A stretch of 63,890 nt of DNA, the filler included, from Octopus bimaculoides (Eukaryota): the NCBI RefSeq assembly GCF_001194135.2. It is 5 parts of 5 records of this genome, joined end to end, with 100 filler letters (N's around TTAATTAATTAA, not from the genome) between each part and the next. Parts side by side here need not be neighbours in the genome. Positions count along the whole stretch, not along the records: positions 8,784 to 20,005 come from NC_069009.1; positions 20,106 to 48,135 come from NC_068989.1; 3 more parts are not named here. One strand, 5' to 3'. Position 1 is the first letter of the stretch; every line of letters begins with the position of its first letter. Below are positions 12,601 to 24,095 of the stretch, in pieces. Position numbers and translations under genes: made by a program. The notes under the pieces were generated by a model, which saw nothing but the letters and a program-made list of their open reading frames with translations, searched no databases and was not told the origin of the DNA.

Positions 12601-12867
12601 TTTAGAAGAACATTGTGTCATTTTATAAGATATTTGCTGGCAAATTCTTAATTTAACATAAACATTTATGGCATTCTTGCTACATTTATGCTAGCTGGAC
12701 CCGTGAGAAATGTTTCTATATTGTGACAGTCACAGAATATAGAAAGAAGTGTTACCAAAACATCTCAGTTACGCTAACTTAAACAGAATTACTATTTAGC
12801 CGTAAAATACATCGTACATAATCAAAGAACAGCCTTGGTTTAGTGGTACGGAACGTTCTTCTGGTAT

Positions 12868-13410
12868 TCCTTTACTTGTTCCAGTCATTTGATAGTGGCC
12901 ATGCTGGAGCACCGACCCATGGACTGATTCTCTGTAAGTCTGGTGCTTATTCTATCAGTCTTTTCTGCAAAACAGCTAAGTTACGGGGACGAAAACACAC
13001 CAACATCGGTTGTCAAGCGATGGTGGTGGTGGTGGTGGTGGTGGGACAAACACACACACACACACATATATAAGGAAAACAGAAAATGGAGATATCATTG
13101 ATGAATAACAATTGATTTACACTAATTATTATCTATTAGTAAATTTCAAAAAGAATGATTAATTAATAAATGGTGGTGTAAATCAATTGTTATCCATCAA
13201 TTATATCTCCATTTCCGGTTTTCCTGGAATATTGATAAAATTCTATTTATTCCTGTCATTACCAATCATTTATGAACATTATACCAATGCTCATGATCAA
13301 ATATAGGTAATACACCAGTTGATTCATTGGATATAAATATACCTTAGACGGTTGTCATAATCTCTAACTTAACTCACCTGTATATATATGACGGGCTTCT
13401 TTCAGTTTCT
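12868..13410 (-). mobile_element. CORE-type SINE (family 1) interrupted by a nested insertion that includes a MITE
   Basis: The 3' half (CAGTCATTTG...GCTGGAGCACC...GGTTGTCAAGCGATG) stops at the (CA)n/(TA)n middle and resumes at 13381 (GACGGGCTTCTTTCAGTTTC). Confidence 0.7.
13073..13225. mobile_element. MITE with about 50-bp TIRs
   Basis: AGGAAAACAGAAAATGGAGATATCATTGATGAATAACAATTGATTTACAC versus its reverse complement at 13176-13225, few mismatches. Confidence 0.85.
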
Positions 13411-14969
13411 AAAGACAGACAATCACATCATCAAAATCTCAAAGCCACAAGATAATGCATGATTAATTTAAAGCAATGTGAATAAATAAGCATTACATTT
13501 GACAGAGTAATCTGAGCGCTAAATGGTTGAAATGATTTGAATTAAAAACTTTCATCAAGAATTTCATGTTAATGTTCTAAACACCAGCTCAATAACCACA
13601 ACGTTATTTGATTAAATTCTTCATTATTTTCACAATTTGGAGATACAAAGGCAGTGTATTTCACCAGAAATCATCCTCATTTAATGTCCCTTTCTCAATG
13701 CTGGCATGGTTCAGACAACTGCACAGGAACTGACAAGCCAGAGGAGTAGGCCAAGCTTCAATGTCTGCTTCGGCATGGTTCCTACGGCTGGGTGCCCTTT
13801 CTGATGCCAACCACTGCACAGAGTGTATCGGATGGTTTTTGTTTTGTTGTTTACTTGGCACCAGCACTAGTGAGGTCGTCAAGCACATGTAAGACAAGAC
13901 CCCTCAGCTAAATAGTAAGGAAGGGTTTGAAAGTATGTTAGAGGGGACAGGAATGAGTGTCTTGCTGAGGAAGTGAATACAGGGCTTCCCAAATAGAAGA
14001 TGAAGGAGTGATGGTGAATGTACAGTGTCAAGGTACAAGGTGATTATATGAAATAGAATAGGGGTAGTAGAACATTAGAGGTGAATGGATGGGTAGGTGA
14101 TTATAAGAGATGAGTTATGGAGAAAGGATTGACAAGACCTTATTTTTTCTGTGATGGATGGGGCCTTCTCAAGAACAGCATATTACCATGCATCTATGTC
14201 TCCATCATCTCCTCTGTGAGGCCCAACATTTTGAGGTCAGTCTGCTACCTGAAGTCCCCTCTTTCACTGGTTCATAACGAAAGGATTAAAGTGATCTAAA
14301 TTTAAATCTTCCAAAACTTCTTGCACATTTATATTTGAAACGACAGCTCAATAATTTCAAAGTGATGTTTGATAGATTCCTTGTAGCTTAAAAACTTAAA
14401 TGAAATAAAAATAATATATTTCAACAAAAATGATAAAAGATTTAAAATGATCTAAATTAGAGCCATCCATCAAAATTTCATGCTATTTCATGTTCAAAAC
14501 ATCAACTTAATAGAAATAAAGGAATTTTTATTTNNNNNNNNNNNNNNNNNNNNNNNNNNNNNNNNNNNNNNNNNNNNNNNNNNNNNNNNNNNNNNNNNNN
14601 NNNNNNNNNNNNNNNNNNNNNNNNNNNNNNNNNNNNNNNNNNNNNNNNNNNNNNNNNNNNNNNNNNNNNNNNNNNNNNNNNNNNNNNNNNNNNNNNNNNN
14701 NNNNNNNNNNNNNNATATATAAATAATACATTTCTTTCAGTTTCCATCTGAAAAGTCCACCGACAAGGCTTGGAACATACTTGCTAAAAAAAAAAAAAGT
14801 GCCATTCAGTGGATTTGAACCCCAAACCACATGGTTTGAAAGTAAGCTTCTTAACTACATAACCACACTTGCACCTATTTTAACACAAAATACATTCAAT
14901 ATATGCCTATATATATATAGTTGAAATTTACAGAAAAACAAAAGTCAAAGAAAAGATTTGCCACATATT

Positions 14970-16013
14970 TCACAGTGATTTGGTTTCTTCCCCTGTATGG
15001 ATGTATTTGTGAATTGTCAAGTGATGATTTTGAGAGAATGACTCCCCACAAATATCACACTGGTATGGCTTCTCACCTGTATGAATCCGTTTGTGAGTAT
15101 TAAGATTGGCTACCTGAGAGAATGATTTACCACAGATGTCACAGCGATACGGCTTCTCTCCTGTATGGATACGTTTGTGTCTGGTTAAGTGGCCAGTTTC
15201 AGAGAATGATTTACCACAGACATTACAACAGTAAGGTTTCTCTCCTGTATGAATGCGCTGGTGTTTAGTTAAGCCACCATTTTCAGAGAAGGATTTACCA
15301 CAGATATCACAATGGTATGGTTTCTCTCCTGTATGAATGCGTTTGTGAGCAGTTAAGTTATAACTTTGGGAGAATGATTTACTACAGATATCACAATGAT
15401 ATGGTTTCTCACCTGTGTGAATGCGCTTGTGTATAGTTAAACCACCATTTTCAGAGAATGATTTGCCACAAATATCACAATGAAATGGTTTGTCTCCAGT
15501 GTGAATACGTTTGTGTCTAGTTAAAAAACCATTTTGTGAGAATGAATCCCCACAGATATCACAGTGATATGGTTTCTCTCCTGTATGAATTCGTTTGTGC
15601 TTAGTTAAAACACCATTTTCAGTGAATGATTTACCACAAATATCACAGTGATATGGTTTCTCCCCAGTATGATTACGTTTGTGTTTAGTTAAGTGCTGTT
15701 TTAGAGAAAAAGATTTACCGCAGATGTCACAGTGATTTGGTTTTTCCCCTGTATGAATGTATTTGTGAGTTGTCAAGTGATAATTTTGAGAGAATGACTC
15801 CCCACAGATAGCACAGCGATATGGCTTCTCTCCAGTATGAATGCGTTTGTGAATAGTGAGATAAACCTTTTGAGAGAAAGATTTACCACAAATGTCACAG
15901 TGATATGCCTTCTCTCCTGTATGAATACTTTTATGGATGTTTAAGTTCCCTTTTTGAGAGAATGATTTACCGCAGATGTCACACAGATATGACTTTTCTG
16001 TCATTTTCAGCAT
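14970..16013 (-). CDS. C2H2 zinc-finger protein, copy B (12 intact fingers; truncated by a +1 frameshift in the linker after finger 12)
   Basis: ATG at 16013 (MLKMTEKSY, paralogous to MLKVIEKSPY). GAA GAA ACC replaces GAA AAA CCA, giving TGEETKSL*; a remnant 13th finger (CEICGKSFL*) lies in the other frame. Confidence 0.9.
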   Translation of the reverse strand: MLKMTEKSYLCDICGKSFSQKGNLNIHKSIHTGEKAYHCDICGKSFSQKVYLTIHKRIHTGEKPYRCAICGESFSQNYHLTTHKYIHTGEKPNHCDICGKSFSLKQHLTKHKRNHTGEKPYHCDICGKSFTENGVLTKHKRIHTGEKPYHCDICGDSFSQNGFLTRHKRIHTGDKPFHCDICGKSFSENGGLTIHKRIHTGEKPYHCDICSKSFSQSYNLTAHKRIHTGEKPYHCDICGKSFSENGGLTKHQRIHTGEKPYCCNVCGKSFSETGHLTRHKRIHTGEKPYRCDICGKSFSQVANLNTHKRIHTGEKPYQCDICGESFSQNHHLTIHKYIHTGEETKSL

Positions 16014-16516
16014 CTCTTCAATTAAAATCAACCCTTTTTAAGTCTTTCACATCAATTAATTTTCTTTCATCTTTCTTCTCTCACCTCAATATACACATAG
16101 TTTTCTTGTTTTTGTTCTGATATTATATCTGTTTCAATTATTTCCCAGTTATATTTTTTTTTACTAAATATGATCTTCACTGACAGCTGAAGAACAGCAA
16201 ACTCCTTTGCAATTTTATTCAAGTTTATTTAATATACAAATTCATCTTGCACACAATCTAGACAGTAAAATAGAGAAATGTAGCTGTTCACCTCAGTTCA
16301 GATGAAATATTCCACAATAATTCACCATAGATTCATAGAAACAACATTATATCTGGTTTGTATAACACGTTCCTTTAGTTTTTAAAAGACAATTCAATAT
16401 TGCTGAAGGGCCTGGATGGAGAAATGATCATTATGCCAATGTCATCTGATATTCTGAAATAAAATAGAAACAACAGGGTAAGATATAGAAGATACTTAAA
16501 CAGCAGAGATTTAAGA

Positions 16517-16899
16517 TCTTTTATCTTTTACTTGTTTCAGTCATTTGACTATGGTCATGCTGGGGCACTACCTTGAAGGGTTTCTGTCTAACAAATTAAC
16601 TCTGGGACTTATTTTTTAAAGTCTAGTACTTATGCTAGCATTCACTTTTGCTAAACTGCTAAGTTACAGGGACATAAATAAACCATCACACACTAGTTGT
16701 CAAGTGGTGGTGAGGGACAAACACAGACAGACAGACAGACACACACACACATTCAATGGGCTTCTTTCAGTTTCTGTCAACCAAATTCACTCATGAGGTT
16801 TTGGTTGGCTTGTGGCTTTAGTAAAAGACACTTGCCCAAGGTGCCACGAAGTGGGACTGAACCTAGAATCATGTGGTTGGGAAGTAAGCTTATTACCAT
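16517..16899 (-). mobile_element. tRNA-derived CORE-type SINE (family 1) in the ZNF copy B 5'UTR intron
   Basis: Contains the reverse complement of GGCACCTTGGGCAAGTGTCTT (CORE-like) and the shared 3' tail. Confidence 0.8.
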
Positions 16900-17566
16900 A
16901 AAAAATGCATTGGAGGGTATGGGGGAAATTTGAGCTCAAATTCCGCTTAGGTCAACTTTGCCTTTCAGAGTCGTTAAATTAGGTACCAGTGAAACACCAG
17001 AGTCAATGTAATCGATTAGTTCCCTCCCACCGAATTCCAGGCCTTGTGCTTTCATTAGAAAGGATTATTATTTACAGAATTGTCAAAAATCGATACTGCT
17101 TACCAAAAACCATATATACACACAAATGTATGTATGTATGTATGTATACACACACACACACACGAATTTTCAGGTGTGTTAATCCAAAACAATTACAAAG
17201 AATACGGAAGCAGGTCCATCTTCAATTTTTTCTTTTAATTTAACAGGTAAATTATACAGCATAATTAGTCAACGATACTTGGTGCTTCTTACTACTTACT
17301 TGATGTGGGTACTATTGAAGAAGAGGGGTCCCGGTGCGCGCACTCGTGTGGTTAACCCAAACCTTGACTATACCTGGAAGTTCTCACTGAATAATTTAAT
17401 CCTATATACTCATCGTGTATATGCACACACAGTTACAACACACATATATTCAAGACATATATACTCATATATACAAGAACATACGTAGTACAAATGGTAT
17501 TAGTAATGTTATATAGTTAATTAAACAGTAATTCATTTATTACCCACAGTTAGATAAAGGACTTAC

Positions 17567-17710
17567 TTGTATTTCTCCATAAATTTCTGATCTCCAATAT
17601 TTTTCTAATTACGTCCATTCTCTTATTTCGTGCATTCATATGATTCAAACACAACAGGCATTACAAAACTCGACTTGTAGGAAACGAAACGAACAAGAAA
17701 CCGGAAGTTG
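17567..17710 (-). promoter_or_regulatory. Putative first exon / promoter of ZNF copy B with an Ets site
   Basis: GTAAGT donor at 17566-17561; CCGGAAGT at 17701-17708; GGAAACGAAAC at 17680-17690. Confidence 0.5.
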
Positions 17711-18093
17711 TCGTCTGGGTTCTCCACCCATCTTCTTAATTTTGTTTTTAGACCTTTTTGAGAGATACATTAAATATAAGAAACGTATTTCATTTGTTCA
17801 TTAGAATTAATAGCAAACGAGATCAATTTATGATAAACTTTTGTCTATTTCTCTCGCCTTATCTTCACTAATAATTTATTTTTGAAACTATATAATTTCT
17901 TTAATATTTTTGATACTAAATGAGAGAGTTCTTCAACGTACATGTTAAGGTATGCATGCACTTGTGCGTGTCTGCGTAAATGTTTCTAGAGGTAAGAGGT
18001 TAGAAAGGAGAAATATGTTCACTTCTCGAATGTAATACAACTGTTCTGAACTGTTGATTACCAGATTAAATATCACAATGACTGTTGAAAGAC

Positions 18094-18420
18094 CTCTTTT
18101 ACTCTTTTACTTGTTTCAGTCATTTGACTGTGGCCATGTTGGAGCACCGCCTTTAGTCGAGCAAATCGACCCCAGGACTTATTCTTTGGAAGCCTAGTAC
18201 TTATGCTATCGGTCTCTTTTTGCCGAACCGCTAAGTTACGGGGACGTAAACACACCAGCATCGGTTGTCAAGCAATGTTGGGGGGACAAACACAGACACA
18301 CACACATATATATATATACATATATACGACGGGCTTCTTTCAGTTTCCGTCTACCAAATCCACTCACAAGGCTTTGGTCGGCCCGAGGCTATAGTAGAAG
18401 ACACTTACCAAAGGTGCCAC
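18094..18420 (-). mobile_element. CORE-type SINE (family 1), close to the other young copies, cut by a gap
   Basis: Near reverse complement of 29862-30256. Confidence 0.9.
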
Positions 18421-19067
18421 NNNNNNNNNNCAAACAGCTGAAATTTGCATCTTGCATGTGCTTAGTAACTAATAAAATCACTCTGTCTCTCTCACTCTCT
18501 CGCTCTCTCTCCCTCCTGGCATTATTTAAACTTAAATTGCTGCATTACAGTGTTTCAACTAAAAAAAAAAAAACCAAATCGTAGTCACAAAGCAGATTTA
18601 ATCATTTATTCAGGAAAGAGTATAATTGAAGATTACATTAAAGGTTACATTGTGAAGTTAGTAGAAAATATCTTTAGAATTTTAAATCAAGCAAAATCGG
18701 CCAATAGTCAGGCGCTGAACATTATTGCACATTATACAGTCTCTTAGTTGCATAGCGTTGTATTGATAAGTACAAAGAAAGCTACCTCATATGGAAGTCA
18801 GTTTAGAGCAATGGAAGAAAATTTAGTTTTGTGTTTCTTTGTTAGTTCTATTGTTATATTTGTTGCTGTATCCATTCTTTGCAAAGATATCACATTTTTT
18901 ATGAGATTGTTATACAGAATTGAGTAAACAATTTAGCAAAAAAAAAAGAAAACATAGGAATAAAGATTCATACAGGATAGATATAAATCTGAACATGACT
19001 TATATACCTATGTTTCTAATGATGTAATACCTTTCCAACAACTGGTCCCTCTTTTGTTTTAGGGTGG

Positions 19068-19128
<61 letters not shown>

Positions 19129-19801
19129 GTCATTTCGAAATACAACAAACTTTAGTATGTGTGTCTGTTCATCTGACATGCAACAGTTCAGGTGTGTTTC
19201 TGTCAGTGCCATGCACATTGATCGATTACGCGTAACTAAATATTTGAAATTATAACATTCTACAAGATTTCGAACAAGAAAATTTTAACGTTACCTGAAA
19301 AGAGATCTTTAGCTGGTGGTATCTTCTAGAGCTCTCAGAGGCTACAATTCCACTCTCCTCCGTAGAATGGGTTGCTATCATTTACTTAACATTTAGCAAT
19401 ACATCTCTCTTACACTGACTGCGAAGTCTGTCAGACAATAAAGCTACTCATTGTAAGTTTTCTTGGAATCTTATCTATTCCTTCACCGCATCAAGTATTT
19501 CACTTTATTTTTATATTCTCCTCAACCAATGTTACTAAATATCCAATCTACACTTGTTCATTTATAACATTTTTGAAATCTATTTATCTGCCTGGCAAAA
19601 ACATATTTGAACTGAGACATACAGACAGACAGATAAATAGATAGATATCTGTTTGCCTGTCTCTCTATCTGTATATTCTGATAGTCATTTGTAATTTATT
19701 CATTACTACACCATGACCAAGCAGCTCAGAGATGCCTGAAAAATGATATGCATGCTCATAATATATATACATGTATGAATGTGTGTGCGTGTGTAGATAC
19801 C

Positions 19802-19865
<64 letters not shown>

Positions 19866-19882
19866 TACATACATGCATAATA

Positions 19883-20005
19883 CTAGCAATGCATCTCGGC
19901 GTTGCCCGAGTGTTATGACCGACAAACAAATTGTATTATTTGATTCCTATGGGCAGAATGGAATAACAGAAGTTATTGTTTGTTTAATAGTGAAGGGCGA
20001 GGGTA
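19883..20005 (-). mobile_element. Helitron 3' terminus (remainder lost at the linker)
   Basis: Minus strand CTCGG-GCAACG-CCGAG hairpin, 8-nt spacer, then CTAG followed by T. Confidence 0.8.
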
Positions 20006-20255
20006 NNNNNNNNNNNNNNNNNNNNNNNNNNNNNNNNNNNNNNNNNNNNTTAATTAATTAANNNNNNNNNNNNNNNNNNNNNNNNNNNNNNNNNNNNNNN
20101 NNNNNGACAAGTTACTGCAAGAGTGCAATGAAATAATTTAACAAAAAACTATATAAATTAATAAAGGACTAAACCAGTGCGTGTGTTTATTACCGGCATA
20201 ACGCCTCTCCCCAGGTTTAATTGTATATATATATATTTAATTTATATAAAGGCAT

Positions 20256-20892
20256 TACTATACAATAACGCCTCACGCTAAGAGGAACTCCAGAAGTCAA
20301 ATTACTATAATAAGCACATTTTTACTGATCGCAAGGGAATGCAACTCTCAAAGCTAACCTCCTAAAAACTTTTAACTTAACGGTAAACCAATGGTTTCGT
20401 GCTGATTTATAGTAGCTTACTTTTCGACTTATTTGCCATGAAACCACCTCAATTCTGGTGGTATATCATATGATTTCGCTATCAGTGCACAATATGCACT
20501 CTTTGCTCTTCAGTACAAGCATAATCAAGACACATAGAAATAAACAAAAATCAACATACCAGACGAACACTCCATGTATCCAGCATAGTACATAGAAATT
20601 GTTTATACCTATATATCTATGCAAGAGGCGGACTTTTCGAATTGCATTTCGGTACACGTGTACCGAGATGCAATTTGATTTTTATTTATTTTTATGTGTC
20701 TTGACTCTGCGTGTACTGAAGAGCAAAGAGTGCATATTGTGCACTGATTGCGAAATCATATGATATACCGCCAAGTCTGATTTTAGGAGGCTCACTTCGA
20801 GAGTTGCATTCCCTTGCGTTCGGTAGAATGTGTTTATTATGGTAGTTTTGACTTTAAGAGTCCTTCCTAGCGTGAGGCATTTATGTATAGTA
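20256..20892. mobile_element. Large MITE / fold-back element with TA ends (Tc1/mariner-type)
   Basis: TACTATACA...TGTATAGTA ends; arms of roughly 200 bp are reverse complementary; the left arm has about 90 bp extra. Confidence 0.85.
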
Positions 20893-21627
20893 NNNNNNNN
20901 NNNNNNNNNNNNNNNNNNNNNNNNNNNNNNNNNNNNNNNNNNNNNNNNNNNNNNNNNNNNNNNNNNNNNNNNNNNNNNNNNNNNNNNNNNNNNNNNNNNN
21001 NNNNNNNNNNNNNNNNNNNNNNNNNNNNNNNNNNNNNNNNNNNNNNNNNNNNNNNNNNNNNNNNNNNNNNNNNNNNNNNNNNNNNNNNNNNNNNNNNNNN
21101 NNNNNNNNNNNNNNNNNNNNNNNNNNNNNNNNNNNNNNNNNNNNNNNNNNNNNNNNNNNNNNNNNNNNNNNNNNNNNNNNNNNNNNNNNNNNNNNNNNNN
21201 NNNNNNNNNNNNNNNNNNNNNNNNNNNNNNNNNNNNNNNNNNNNNNNNNNNNNNNNNNNNNNNNNNNNNNNNNNNNNNNNNNNNNNNNNNNNNNNNNNNN
21301 NNNNNNNNNNNNNNNNNNNNNNNNNNNNNNNNNNNNNNNNNNNNNNNNNNNNNNNNNNNNNNNNNNNNNNNNNNNNNNNNNNNNNNNNNNNNNNNNNNNN
21401 NNNNNNNNNNNNNNNNNNNNNNNNNNNNNNNNNNNNNNNNNNNNNNNNNNNNNNNNNNNNNNNNNNNNNNNNNNNNNNNNNNNNNNNNNNNNNNNNNNNN
21501 NNNNNNNNNNNNNNNNNNNNNNNNNNNNNNNNNNNNNNNNNNNNNNNNNNNNNNNNNNNNNNNNNNNNNNNNNNNNNNNNNNNNNNNNNNNNNNNNNNNN
21601 NNNNNNNNNNNNNNNNNNNNNNNNNNN

Positions 21628-21680
<53 letters not shown>

Positions 21681-22522
21681 GTATATGTATATATATATAT
21701 ATATATACATGGTAAATGAAATCATAGTTGTGGCCAATATCGATGACATATTGTAAAAGGCACCCAGTAAAAGGCACCCAGTATACTATATAAAGTGACT
21801 GCCATTAGGAAGAGTATCCAGCCGTAGGAACCAAGCCAAAACATGACTGGAGCCTGGTGCAGCTCTCTGACTTGCCAGCTCCAGTCAAATCATCTAACCC
21901 ATGTCAACATAGAAAACAGATGTTCAATGCTGACAATGATGATGATGATGATGATGATATGCCCACACATGACAAGCTTCTTTTAGTTTCTGTCTACCAA
22001 ATCCATTCATAAGGTTTTGGTCAATCTGGGACTAAAGTAGAAGATAACTTACACAAGGTTCCGTGCAATGGGACAGAATCGGAAACCATGTGGTTAGGAA
22101 GCAAATTTCTTAACCACACAATCATGCTAGCACTTAAGACATTACAAAAAATTAATATTATGGTTATGTAGAAACTTCATACAACAGTATTGTCATAGAC
22201 TAATTTAATATAGTTTCATGATGCTATTGACTTGTTCACTGCGTGTGTAACCACCTCTTCTAAGCTGTCTGTAAAATAAGGTCAGTTGTTGTAACCTTAG
22301 TTCTCTGTAATAAGTGTGATAAGTAATGATATGTTCAGCCTCCTGCGTACAGCCTCCTGTTTGATCAGCTACCTCCATGCTGTAGATCTATCGTCTCAGG
22401 CAGAATTGCTTGAGCAACTTGACAACAACAGTTCTCTGATTTGTTACTTTATAATTAAAAATTGAGGAATCTGAAATTTTGGTTGTAATTAAATTCCTCT
22501 TTTAATCACTTTTAACTTTCAG

Positions 22523-22642
22523 AAACGTGCATTACGGCTGCAGCAACAGAAGCAGAAAGAAGAACTCCAGCGAGCACAACAACAGGAATATGAATTAGAA
22601 AAAGAGCAAATGCTTGAAGCTAAAGTGATTCCAAAACCATGA
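22523..22642 (+). CDS. BLOC1S6: Pallidin (BLOC-1 subunit 6), terminal coding exon only
   Basis: Acceptor TTTAACTTTCAG, then KRALRLQQQKQKEELQRAQQQEYELEKEQMLEAKVIPKP*, matching the human pallidin C-terminus as I recall it (KRALKLQQKRQKEELEREQQREKEFEREKQLTARP). Upstream exons not visible. Confidence 0.8.
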   Translation, partial: KRALRLQQQKQKEELQRAQQQEYELEKEQMLEAKVIPKP

Positions 22643-23904
22643 AACTCCAACCAATGATTTAGAAACTGACTGCAAATGTAATCATCACTTGTATTTATCT
22701 CTTCTTTTGGTTCAAACAGTTTTTTTTTTTAAAAAGGCTGTAAAATCTGATTTTTATTCCACTTGTTTAACTAATTTTAATCTTGTTTCACTGCCTCTTT
22801 TGGAAAGTGAAGGATTTACAGACTTAGTAAAACTTAATGCTGCCATGGTTCTCTCAATTGAAATTTTAAAAGGAAAACATAAAAAAAGAAAAAATTCAGA
22901 AAACTGTTGAATTTCTTTCAAACGAATATTGTGTATTATTTCATTGCATAATAATGTCTTCATATGATGTTAATATTGTGATGAATGAGGAAAGATGGAA
23001 GAAAGGAACCTAACAATGAAATATCTGCTTGAACATGACTAGCAAAGACATTTCAACAGCAGTTCAGAGGTGAAACATTTTATCTACTGCTGCCTATTAT
23101 TTGTTAAATTTAGCATCAATTTCATAGGAAACTGATAGATGCACTGGAAGAATAAAAAAAAATGTTGATAATATCCAAAACTTCTTTTCAGAATTTATAT
23201 TTTATAACATTGAGTTGAAAAAAACATAGTTCATTGTCTGTCTGTTTGTCTGAAATCAATACATATCTTTAAAAAAAAATACATAGGTTGTCAGAGAAGG
23301 AATGATAGGCACCCATGACCCTTTACAAAACATTCAAGACTTGGAAGTTATCCTTAAACTGGAGAACTTCCAGCAGAGTGGACTTCACTAAAGGTATCCC
23401 AAACTAGGTGATGGTGTTAAACCAGATGATACATTAAGTCTATTATCCAGAAATAGGAACAGCCATTCTGATGGGTTTCCATAGTTTCTATCTACCACAT
23501 TTTATTCACAAGACTTTGGTTGACATGAGACTACAGTAACAATAGGATATATTTTAAGTCTACACACACACACTTGATGTTGTTGTGATGCATGTACTCT
23601 TTATTCCATTTGAGTGAATACGTGGCGTTTGAGGTGTTCCACTCATTGGATAGTAGGTTTTTTTGAGGGGTGGATTAAAGCAGTGATTTATTTCTGGTAT
23701 CATTATATCATTGAAGATTTTATGGCAGGATTTCGCCGATGTTCAAAATTGGTAAAAGTTATAGTTGAAAATCAATTTTTACCACTATCTGCAGGTGCTT
23801 CAGGAAAAATAAGTTGACAAAAGCACAGCCATGGTTGTGACCAATGTCCTCCTAAAATTGGAGTGACATGCGTGCTAATTTGTGGATGTGCATAAATTAC
23901 ATTT

Positions 23905-24095
23905 TGTGACACGTAAAAGCACCCACTACACTCTCTGAGTGGTTGGCGTTAGGAAGGGCATCCAGCTGTAGAAACTCTGCCAAATTAGACTGGAGCCTGG
24001 TGTTGCCATCCGGTTTCACCAGTCCTCAGTCAAATCGTCCAACCCATGCTAGCATGGAAAGCGGACGTTAAACGATGATGATGATGATGATGATA
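23905..24095 (+). mobile_element. SINE family 2 (probably an RTE-LINE-derived 3' tail) ending in (GAT)n
   Basis: AAAAGCACCCACTACACTCTC...CCAACCCATGCTAGCATGGAAAGCGGACGTTAAACGATGATG; related copies near 13715, 21768, 32320, 35145, 40996 and 43545. Confidence 0.8.

Noticed and set aside
19250-19300. NILQDFEQENF as BLOC1S6 exon 3 (cf. LLDTLEQEISKF)
   Set aside because: No acceptor, an in-frame stop follows, and the similarity is weak.
20682-21777. Long ORFs over N runs and microsatellites (also 24611-25369, 50835-52849, the poly-L ORF at 74-364, and YI/CV/TH-repeat ORFs)
   Set aside because: They are artefacts of translating gaps and simple repeats.
22210-22380. 57-aa minus-strand ORF (MEVADQTGG...)
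   Set aside because: No recognisable domain; another frame reads DDRSTAWR*LIK, more like a decayed LINE end.
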